This document shows, in pieces, positions 16,476 to 24,672 of a stretch of 64,000 nt of DNA. Source of the stretch: Candidatus Daviesbacteria bacterium (lineage in GTDB: Bacteria > Patescibacteriota > Microgenomatia > Daviesbacterales > UBA10151). The stretch's first letter is position 1. Every line of letters begins with the position of its first letter. A program made the translations under genes and the position numbers. Below the pieces are notes generated by a model. The model was given only the letters and a program-made list of their open reading frames with translations, was not told where the DNA came from and did not search any database. Where the stretch lies: contig JACPKP010000006.1 of assembly GCA_016186955.1 (NCBI GenBank), positions 4,055 through 68,054 on the forward strand. The letters are read 5' to 3'.

Positions 16476-17933
16476 CTACCCTTTGTTGAGAATACTTTGC
16501 CATTTAGGAAGAAAGCGCCTGTCTGCCACTTTCGGTCCATAAGCAGTTCCAACAACAGGTACTTCCAGTTTTTGTGTTACGTATTGCAAAAAGGCTTGTT
16601 CCAAACTTTGGCCTTTAGAGGACGTAAGGGTTGTGACTATTGGACGGCACTCGTTTAAAAGTTGAGTAAGCCGGAATTGGCGCTTATAGTGTGCCGGGTC
16701 GCCAGTATCAGGATGCACTTTTATGCCAATGATTTTATCTGCCGCTAAATCAAAATATTCATCCAAATCAGCAACATAACCCTGATATTTATAAGATTCA
16801 ACTACTTGCCAGTCATTTCTTCCAGATAAAACATCCATGTAACTTACCAGTAAACCGTCAAACGCTTTGCTTCTTTCCGCAAAAGTAAGGGAATATTTAA
16901 GAGCAACTGTATCAAAGTATCCGGTTCTGAAATCACCAAGCCAATCATTTGCGGCATTGTTATACGTTTCTACGAGTGTCTCTGTAAGTTCCGGGTCAAA
17001 ACTTACCAAAGGTCCTGCGCCGTGTCTTGTCAGGTAACTTCTGACAACACCAATTCTAAGGATATTCCCACCATAATTATGGTTTTTCAGTGTTGTTAAA
17101 ACATCTCCTGAGGTTGGGTCAACCTGGGTTACATGGGGAACAAAACCATACCGGGGGTGGTGAAGCGCTCCATGGGAAACTTCATTGACTATGGAACCAT
17201 CCTTTTTGAGTAATTCATCTAAATAATCATCTCCGGTAATTTTTATCAGATCCGCAGCATATCCAAAAGCATCTGCTACAAGACTGACAAGCTCTTTATC
17301 TCTCAACACGCTCATTTCGGAATAAACCCTATCCGGGGGAGCTCCTTCGTAAGAAACTAGTAACTCTTCCGCCGTCTTAAGTTTGGCCAGCCTAATATTT
17401 TCAACTTTTCTTAAGATTGTTTCCCTGTCGCTGAATTCACCTGCCCTTATTGAAAGTTCACTGTTAACTGAATCCTGCACTGCTTCACCAACACCTTTTC
17501 CAATTGTGCCTTTTCTATTCAGTCCGCGTAGTACCTCACGGGTTCTGCTTATTCCGCTATGGAAAGGGGTAGTTGCCAGACAATTTTCATCAATAAACAT
17601 TTTTTCCAGAGGGTTTGGGACTCCAAGCTTTTCTAAATCTAGCGCTTCCTGGAAAAGTTCGACCGGGCTTATGACCATATGTTTTAAATAGGTATCCGCA
17701 CCCTCAAACACACCCGCGCCAAAGTGGCTTAGCGCCATCTCGCGTCCGTCATCGTGGATAATATGGTGTCCGCCTTGCCAACCGCCGGAGCGCCACACAG
17801 TATGGGCATTCAGTTTCCGGACAAGCGCTTGGACAGTATTTCCTTTTGATTCTTCGCCCAAAGCAAGACCATTAACTATGGCAAAATATCTTTCGGTTCC
17901 CATAATTTTCCCTTTCGTCCTGAGCGTAGCCAA
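16476..17933 (-). CDS. adenylosuccinate synthetase (PurA)-family protein with a degenerate P-loop
   Basis: Reads NGLALGEESKGN where PurA has GDEGKGK. WQGGHHIIHDDG matches QGGHNAGHT, and YLTRHGAGPL matches TTRVGAGPFP. Confidence 0.6.
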   Translation of the reverse strand: MATLRTKGKIMGTERYFAIVNGLALGEESKGNTVQALVRKLNAHTVWRSGGWQGGHHIIHDDGREMALSHFGAGVFEGADTYLKHMVISPVELFQEALDLEKLGVPNPLEKMFIDENCLATTPFHSGISRTREVLRGLNRKGTIGKGVGEAVQDSVNSELSIRAGEFSDRETILRKVENIRLAKLKTAEELLVSYEGAPPDRVYSEMSVLRDKELVSLVADAFGYAADLIKITGDDYLDELLKKDGSIVNEVSHGALHHPRYGFVPHVTQVDPTSGDVLTTLKNHNYGGNILRIGVVRSYLTRHGAGPLVSFDPELTETLVETYNNAANDWLGDFRTGYFDTVALKYSLTFAERSKAFDGLLVSYMDVLSGRNDWQVVESYKYQGYVADLDEYFDLAADKIIGIKVHPDTGDPAHYKRQFRLTQLLNECRPIVTTLTSSKGQSLEQAFLQYVTQKLEVPVVGTAYGPKVADRRFLPKWQSILNKG

Positions 17934-18133
17934 GTCATGCTTGGCTAGTCGAAGGACTCATCAGTACGGATTTAATCCGCAGAGGGTTGGCAGCGGCCTG
18001 CGGAGACGATGTAATCCGGGGAAAGCATCACTTTATTGATGCAGCCCCAAAGAACAAAGTTTCCGCAGACCTTGAGCTTTTCAGCTCATGCTGCCCGCTT
18101 GCTCACCTTCGGGTGAGCGGTGAAGAGTGTTTG

Positions 18134-19309
18134 CTAACGATCCAAAGCCGGCGCATTCCAGTTGTCGCCACGTACGAGCGCCGGATCCCGCCTTGGCGGG
18201 CGAGAGGCAGCCTGTTTCCGGTTTGAGTCCTGTTCCTGGTCCAGCTTGTCCCAGGGAATGGCCCCCCCTAGCTGTAGTAGGGCGCCCAGGTAACCGTACT
18301 CCTCGTTGCCTGTAGCGACGTTGGACAGCTCCATGATACCCAAGGCATACCGAGTGATGTTACGTTCGAGACGGACGTAGTCCGCTCCAACGTTGACACC
18401 GAGCATCTTGAGCATCATGTCGCGGGTAGTAGCTCCGACAGTTGCCGGAAGTGCGGGGTCCTCCAGGATCCCCTTAATGCGCGTCGCGTCGTGCGCGAGA
18501 GCCCGAGCAACCGGAATTCCAAGGCCGCCAAAGACCTTGTTGATCCGGTTGATGACGGCTTCTGCCTCATCGCGCAGGCCGGCGGTGTCAGGCGGTTGGA
18601 GCATGCCTGGTGGCATAACAGCGGCACCCCCACGGCCGGTCTGAGCCATGGCGAGGACGGAAAGGGCCATCATAGGATTGTTCACCCCCTTGGCCCACGT
18701 ATCGGTCCAGTTGATGAGCAGCTCGTTGAAGCTGCGAAGCGCCGGCCAGAGTTCGGTGTTGAGCCGGGCGAGGAAAGCGCTCTTGCGCTTGTCGCTCATG
18801 AAATTGCCCGGGTACCCGAGCGCCGACAGGACATCCCCGTAACGGCGTTGCTGAGCCAGCTGGTAGACCTTCTTGAAGTTCTCACCGGCAGGCTCTTCCT
18901 GCTCATCGGCAAACTGCTCTGCACGCGCCAGCAGGACTTCAGGTAGTTCGTACAACCCGACCCTTGCAGCGATTGCAGCTCTCATAGCCGACATCACGTC
19001 GATCCGCTCAACCTTGAGCATCCCTCCGACCTTGAGCATCTCCAGGAAGCTTGAGTCGTCAGGAACGGTCGGAAGCGTGTCGAGCGAAGCCGGTTCGGCA
19101 GTGACCTGTTCGGCCGCAGGTGGCGCGGGGGCGAAGGCTTTAGCAGCCTTCTTGGCCGCGATCACGGTGCATCCGGTGATTTCCCGGATTTCATACTCGT
19201 TTAGGAGCACCATTTCGGCATCGCCCGCGACCCCCTGGTCGGCAAGCTTGCCGGTTTGCTCCTCCGAGAAGCCCAGCTCTGTGAGCCGGGTCTTCAGTTC
19301 CTCGTTCAT
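18134..19309 (-). CDS. high-GC hypothetical protein (about 391 aa; start MNEELKTRL preceded by AAAGGAG)
   Basis: Ala/Arg/Gly-rich with GC-rich codons. I used the internal start at 19307..19309, which has a strong RBS. Confidence 0.5.
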   Translation of the reverse strand: MNEELKTRLTELGFSEEQTGKLADQGVAGDAEMVLLNEYEIREITGCTVIAAKKAAKAFAPAPPAAEQVTAEPASLDTLPTVPDDSSFLEMLKVGGMLKVERIDVMSAMRAAIAARVGLYELPEVLLARAEQFADEQEEPAGENFKKVYQLAQQRRYGDVLSALGYPGNFMSDKRKSAFLARLNTELWPALRSFNELLINWTDTWAKGVNNPMMALSVLAMAQTGRGGAAVMPPGMLQPPDTAGLRDEAEAVINRINKVFGGLGIPVARALAHDATRIKGILEDPALPATVGATTRDMMLKMLGVNVGADYVRLERNITRYALGIMELSNVATGNEEYGYLGALLQLGGAIPWDKLDQEQDSNRKQAASRPPRRDPALVRGDNWNAPALDR

Positions 19310-19401
19310 GAAAAACTCCTTTTTGTTTGCTGTCCACAACACATAGCTGTGGATGCGGGGAAACTTCCGTTTCCTCCTTTCTTCACAGTTTCGGGCTGTT
19401 A

Positions 19402-20526
19402 CTAAGAATCGGCTTCTAAAGGTGTAACGTTTTCGCCTTGCCTCGAGTGGCTGATGGGCCATGCGTGGCGGTAGTGGGCGAATACATCTCCCGGGCGGGG
19501 GATGTCCTGGTAGCCGGGCAGCTTAGACTGAGCGCCAAAATGCTCCTGCGCTACCTGAACCATCCGCCAAACCTGATTGAGGTTGGCGGCGTCAATCGTT
19601 ACCTTATCGCCGGTCCGCAGGAACTCGATTAGACCCTGCTTGCTCGGCTTTGACGCCTCCGTCACATAGACGAGGGCTGCACGCACGTCAGCCAAAAGAC
19701 CCGGGTTTTCAACCTGGATGATCCGGCTGCGTCCTCCCAGCTTCTCCGCCCACCAATCCGTAGTGTACGGAAGGAGTCGGCCGGTATAAGTAGGGACTTG
19801 CAGTACGAAAGGATGCCAATGCTCCAAGAGCTGCCGGCAGATTTCCTCCGTCGCCATATTCAAGAAATCAGCTGCCTGGCCAAGATATTCCCTGACGCCC
19901 TCAGCGGTCACGAACCCGCGTCCGATCTCGTCTAAGGCGATCGTCAAATAGCCCTTGAGACCGTAGTAGGTCCATGTGTCCGCGTAGACCGACAGGGCGT
20001 AGTACAGGCCCAAATCGTAATCTTCGGCTGACGAGTCGTTTCCCATGCTTGCAGGCTGGAGCAGCCGCACCTGTTCGGCGCTCCGCTCATCAGACTCAAA
20101 CTGAGAAACTTGAACGACCGGAAGTCCGTCGTTATGGACATTGTAAAAGTCATTTACAACGCCTGTTGCGAGCTGCGGGTTGTACCGGGTTCGCACTCCA
20201 TCAAGCAGCTTGTACTGTCGCTCGGCTGTGCGGAAGAAATCCCCAACATATTGGGATGTACTCCCGGTGCCGTCGAAAAGACTGAGAACCGGCAAGGAAA
20301 CACCGTGGGTCAGAAGATAGGTACCTGGTTCATCACTGGGAACCATCGCGTTATGGCTTTCCCGCGGCTTCTTGCCGACGATGTCGACATTGGGATGAAG
20401 GTGGCCTGTTACGTCGCGGTACGTTTTTCCCGCATCGTGAACACCCTCATGCCGTTGATTCATAGAGCGGACAGTCGCCCGGTAGGATTCCGGGTCAAAT
20501 TGCCGTACATTTTGGGGATTCCCCAT
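19402..20526 (-). CDS. high-GC hypothetical protein (374 aa); possible vWA-like MIDAS-type motif LFDGTGST
   Basis: RBS ggaaaggag before the ATG. The flanking promoter region is AT-rich. The motif assignment is tentative. Confidence 0.45.
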   Translation of the reverse strand: MGNPQNVRQFDPESYRATVRSMNQRHEGVHDAGKTYRDVTGHLHPNVDIVGKKPRESHNAMVPSDEPGTYLLTHGVSLPVLSLFDGTGSTSQYVGDFFRTAERQYKLLDGVRTRYNPQLATGVVNDFYNVHNDGLPVVQVSQFESDERSAEQVRLLQPASMGNDSSAEDYDLGLYYALSVYADTWTYYGLKGYLTIALDEIGRGFVTAEGVREYLGQAADFLNMATEEICRQLLEHWHPFVLQVPTYTGRLLPYTTDWWAEKLGGRSRIIQVENPGLLADVRAALVYVTEASKPSKQGLIEFLRTGDKVTIDAANLNQVWRMVQVAQEHFGAQSKLPGYQDIPRPGDVFAHYRHAWPISHSRQGENVTPLEADS

Positions 20527-20941
20527 CTCAGACTCCTTTCCAAAGGTTATTTACAGTCCAACCAATCAAGATACGTTACGTGCCTTTGATCAGCCGTTGA
20601 TAGTTACCTCCTTTCACTCTTCACTTGTCAATGTGCCTTTTGCCTAGTTTTCTAGACAAACAGGTAAATCTTTATCAGGATCCACTTGTTTGTTTAGAAA
20701 ACGTCGTCAATTGTACTCTAAAATGTAATTTTGTGTCAAGGAACGCTGGCATGAAACAATATAGTGTTAATATTACACTAACTATTGGGAGAAATCAAGA
20801 TCCAAAAGCTCGGTATTTCAATTAAACTCTTCTGAGTATGACGCAACAAATTTACTACAAGATAATATGGTATAATTCAATTATGAATAAAAATGCAGCA
20901 TACAAAGCTAAAGAACCAAAAAAGTTTTAACAGTTCAATTT

Positions 20942-21781
20942 ATGGATCAACAGGAATCTGACCCGGAAAGTACGTTAATTGAGGAGGAGGCAAAAAGTAA
21001 AATAAGGGATTTTTTATCAGATCCAAAATTAAAATTCCACTTCTCCCGTCCATACAGGCTCCAGCAAATACTTTCGCAGGGGATTATTTCCAAGTCATTC
21101 GCAGACCGTGCAAAGCTTGATTATGAAAGTAATTTAGGAATTAGAAATCCAAGGTTAATCAGTATTTCAGACCGGGTAAAAAATAACGAATGGGGCGACT
21201 GGTGGTTGATACAATTTGCGTCGGAGAGGGACAATATCGGTTATTTGCTGCCAAGTGATTTGGAGATTGAATCAACGACCCCTCATCCTTCCGAATCACA
21301 GGTTAAATTCAGGATCAGCCCGAGACAAATAGAAGGCATCTTCGTTATGGATACAAAAACCTTACAAGAACCCATCAGCCAAATTGATTACAGTCTTGAT
21401 GCAACCGGTTTTGTTGCCAGGTATACATTAGCATTAGAAAAAGTTTCCGATTTCAACAGGGAATCGATTCGGAAAAATCATCCCCGTCTTAAATATCTGG
21501 AACACGAACTAAGGGACTTAAGACAAGGTGTGGCTGGTATGAAATATAAGGACTGGCCGGAAGGTGTAAAAAAAGCAATCAGCCTGTTTATTGACCGGGA
21601 AGACGAGATTATTGATGAAATTGCAAAGAAACAGTTGGAAGAATTAATCGGTAAACCCGCTGAAACTATTACACAGCTTGACCTTTACACCCACTTTGCA
21701 AAAAAAGCCGGAATACCAATTTATATTATTGATAAAAATTTATTGGCTGCCAAAGTAGTTTGGCCTCCTGTTGGTAGGTAA
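20942..21781 (+). CDS. hypothetical protein (279 aa)
   Basis: Intact ORF with no motif recognised. Confidence 0.4.
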   Translation: MDQQESDPESTLIEEEAKSKIRDFLSDPKLKFHFSRPYRLQQILSQGIISKSFADRAKLDYESNLGIRNPRLISISDRVKNNEWGDWWLIQFASERDNIGYLLPSDLEIESTTPHPSESQVKFRISPRQIEGIFVMDTKTLQEPISQIDYSLDATGFVARYTLALEKVSDFNRESIRKNHPRLKYLEHELRDLRQGVAGMKYKDWPEGVKKAISLFIDREDEIIDEIAKKQLEELIGKPAETITQLDLYTHFAKKAGIPIYIIDKNLLAAKVVWPPVGR

Positions 21782-21807
21782 ACGAGGTTAAATTAGTATT
21801 AACTTTC

Positions 21808-22434
21808 TTAAGGCTTTCTCCAAATAGGGTAGCAGTGCTCCTTAGTAAATTCTCTGATAAATTCCAGGCTGGATGCAACCAATTCTCCCGGCTTTTTACC
21901 GCTGATCTCAATATATCCAATCATCCTGCCTAAAAACTCTTCCGACCCTCTTTGCCCAAAGGTTATAGTTGAAAGTTTCCCGTCCCGGCGTTGCGACTGG
22001 GTAAACTCAAAGCTGTTTTTAACAATTTTTAAATTACCACAATCCTGCATTTTGATACGAAAACTACTGTCATATTTATCGGAGCTTTTACCAAGTTCAA
22101 ACAATGTCACATGTCCGTCAAGATCAAGGTAACCACTATCTCCACCACCCCATTTAGTTAGATCCATCATACCCGGTTTATAATCTAATTCTGCTGCTTT
22201 CAAACAGCCGTCAGAAAAATGTGCGGGTTTAAATTGCAATCTTTTGGTATCTGGAAAGGCTACAGCTAAATGTTCAATTAATTTAGTAGGTAAAGCAAAC
22301 GGGTCTCCCGGTATGAAATACTCATTAGGCCATTTATAAATCTGGCCTTCATCGGGATCTGTGGAGATCTGATATCTGCCCTCTAGACCAATCTCCTGCA
22401 CCCGGGTGTGTTTAGATTCTAAATGTAAACCCAT
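21808..22434 (-). CDS. hypothetical protein (208 aa)
   Basis: Intact ORF with no motif recognised. Confidence 0.4.
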   Translation of the reverse strand: MGLHLESKHTRVQEIGLEGRYQISTDPDEGQIYKWPNEYFIPGDPFALPTKLIEHLAVAFPDTKRLQFKPAHFSDGCLKAAELDYKPGMMDLTKWGGGDSGYLDLDGHVTLFELGKSSDKYDSSFRIKMQDCGNLKIVKNSFEFTQSQRRDGKLSTITFGQRGSEEFLGRMIGYIEISGKKPGELVASSLEFIREFTKEHCYPIWRKP

Positions 22435-22493
22435 TGAACCAGATTCTATATAGTTTATATCTGTGTGTCAAGTGCGAGTGCAATTGCAAAATC

Positions 22494-24359
22494 TTATCTA
22501 CTGAAGAAGAAATCCCAAATAATCTGGAGGAAATCGCGTCCGGCAGAAACTGATACACCCTGGACACTGGGAGCTGGGGTAGACTGCTGCGGGGCAGGAG
22601 TTGACTGATCCGGGGCAGGGGTAGATGATGAAGTTGTCGGCGCCGGGGTAGAGTTGCTGGTACTGCCGGATGAAGCACACTGGCATTGGCAATAATCACC
22701 GCTCCAGTTGCAACTCCCGCCGCACGAGGTGCAACCTGCTTGCTGCTGGTCACGGCTCATTGTAGATGTAGTCGTAGAAGTTGAATTGGAAGTACTACCG
22801 CTAGGCATTTGGCAGTAAGAGCCGTTCCAACTACCTCCTGCCTGTCCACAGGCTGTGGCAGGATCGCTGCTATAACCTGAAGATGAATAAGGATAGGGCG
22901 TAGCATAGCTCCCTCCGCTTGTTGTCCCTGAAGAATTGTATCCGGCGCATCTGCAATAACCCGGGCTCCAGTCACAGGTTCCTCCGCCAGACCTACATGT
23001 TGACTCCTGACTCTCCCTGCTTCCATAATAGCCGGAAGAAGATGGATAACTAGACGTTCCCGGGTAAGGTGAGTAGCTTGCTCCCGGTGCGCCACCACTA
23101 ATCGGGCTTTGGTAACCCTTGCAATAACAGTGTCCTGAACTCCAATCGCATGTCCCGCCTCCAGACTTACAAGTCGATTCCTGGCTTTCTTTACTTCCGT
23201 AATAACCATCCTGCGAACCAGGGGTGTATGTTTTGATCTCCCCGTTAAAAGCGCACGCACATGAATTGTTTGTCCATTTACAATTAGTTGTCCTGTTACA
23301 CATATCCTGGGGATTATAATTTCCGGTAGTGCCTTCAGGTGAAGAATCACGGCAGGATCCGCCATCCCAATACCTACCCGCCTGGGAACACCTCCAAGCG
23401 TCCTGACTTTTATCCAGGGGTGTACAAACACCTCCAGGACCGTAGTAATAGTTAGCGGGACAAGCTTGTGTATAAACATTCCCACCGTATGAACCGCAGG
23501 CGCAGGTATTATTATTCCATGCGCAATTAGGCGTCCTGGCGCAGTATTCCTGAGGGGTATAGTTGCTACCACCCTCACGGTTTTGCGATATAGACCGGCA
23601 TTTTTCCGGGTTTTGTCTGCAGTATGCAGCGCAGGATTCTGCAGTGTTACAACCGCCCGGACCACTGAAGGATTCCACCCCGACTGATTTTGAATATGAT
23701 GAACATATGTTGTAGTTAGCTGGGTCGCTGCAAAAGGCTTTACAGGTGCCTTCTGAGCTGCATCCACCCGGACCAACCTGCTGCTGGCCGCCGCGCAAAC
23801 CTACCTCCTTTGCAAACTCTGAGCATTTTTGCTTGTTTGCCTCCAATCCGCAAAACGTCATGCAATCTTGGGGTGAAGTACAACCTAAGGCCTCTTTTGC
23901 TTTTTCCAGGATCTTTTTTTCTTCTGTTGACCTGACCTGGCCTCCAACCAGGTTATTTTTCCTGGCAAACGAGTCGCATTCATCTACATGCTCCGGCTTA
24001 TCGCAATAACTTTTACAGCTTTCAAAGGAATTACACCCAAAACTTTGTTTTGCCTTGGCTAAAATCTCATCTTTTTTGACAGTTTCCTGCTCTTCTTTAT
24101 AAAAACCTTTCTTTTTGGCAAAATCAATACAGGTCGTATAGTTTACCGGATCCTCACAAAAGCTCCTGCATGATGAGATATCCTGGCAATCACCAAGTTC
24201 TGCAACCGGAAATGTCACACCATATTTTTGGGCAGTCTCGGCAGAATCACTGGCTGATTGGGTTTGGGCAAAAACACCTTTTACCCCAAAAAACAAAAAA
24301 ATAACAGCCGCAAGAGGGAAAATTATTTTTTTGTATTGTCCGTATATAGTTTCTGTCAT
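22494..24359 (-). CDS. secreted Cys-rich repeat protein with a Ser/Tyr/Pro/Thr-rich tail and a C-terminal QIIWDF motif (621 aa)
   Basis: N-terminal signal peptide. Repeated modules of about 40 aa (C-x-SFC-x-P-x-NY-x-C-x-FAKK-G-(F/Y)) and GPGGC-x-T-x-E-x-C. Ends with DFLQIIWDFFFSR. Confidence 0.6.
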   Translation of the reverse strand: MTETIYGQYKKIIFPLAAVIFLFFGVKGVFAQTQSASDSAETAQKYGVTFPVAELGDCQDISSCRSFCEDPVNYTTCIDFAKKKGFYKEEQETVKKDEILAKAKQSFGCNSFESCKSYCDKPEHVDECDSFARKNNLVGGQVRSTEEKKILEKAKEALGCTSPQDCMTFCGLEANKQKCSEFAKEVGLRGGQQQVGPGGCSSEGTCKAFCSDPANYNICSSYSKSVGVESFSGPGGCNTAESCAAYCRQNPEKCRSISQNREGGSNYTPQEYCARTPNCAWNNNTCACGSYGGNVYTQACPANYYYGPGGVCTPLDKSQDAWRCSQAGRYWDGGSCRDSSPEGTTGNYNPQDMCNRTTNCKWTNNSCACAFNGEIKTYTPGSQDGYYGSKESQESTCKSGGGTCDWSSGHCYCKGYQSPISGGAPGASYSPYPGTSSYPSSSGYYGSRESQESTCRSGGGTCDWSPGYCRCAGYNSSGTTSGGSYATPYPYSSSGYSSDPATACGQAGGSWNGSYCQMPSGSTSNSTSTTTSTMSRDQQQAGCTSCGGSCNWSGDYCQCQCASSGSTSNSTPAPTTSSSTPAPDQSTPAPQQSTPAPSVQGVSVSAGRDFLQIIWDFFFSR

Positions 24360-24658
24360 TTTATTGTATCAAACGGATTTTTATATGCGGAAAATGGATT
24401 AACATACTGAGAGCTTTTGTCAAAAGGGTTTTTATAGGCGGTTTGCAATTTAACTGTTGGTTCCTTAGTATTTTGTTGAACCTTATCGGTGATAAGTTTT
24501 GTAGGGTTTTTGATAATACCAGAGGTGATTAGCAAAAACAGCGCTGATATAAAAATAACTGCAACTAGAAGTAGAATAAGATGTGCTATTCCTGACTGGG
24601 CAAGGAGCAGTTTTTTAACCACTAAACATATAATCCCCAAAGACAGGGATTTTGTCAA
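24356..24658 (-). CDS. small single-TM protein with a C-terminal triple NPF-repeat tail (YKNPF...NPF...AYKNPF)
   Basis: Start overlaps the upstream gene stop (ATGA coupling). Paralogous to 30014..30253. Confidence 0.5.
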   Translation of the reverse strand: MTKSLSLGIICLVVKKLLLAQSGIAHLILLLVAVIFISALFLLITSGIIKNPTKLITDKVQQNTKEPTVKLQTAYKNPFDKSSQYVNPFSAYKNPFDTIK

Positions 24659-24672
24659 GTGTCAAAATATGG

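Noticed and set aside
18100-18118. Hairpin gctcacc-ttcg-ggtgagc as an intrinsic terminator of the high-GC operon.
   Set aside because: No T-tract follows on either strand. It is noted only as a boundary hairpin of the high-GC insert.
22757-23776. Long alternate-frame and antisense ORFs inside the Cys-rich and PY-repeat genes (e.g. 22757..23776, 22412..22753, 27371..27760, 27785..28120, 28129..28326, 28712..29275, 28728..29159).
   Set aside because: They overlap the far better supported signal-peptide-containing genes. Their translations are low-complexity mirror images of the repeats. They are typical shadow ORFs.
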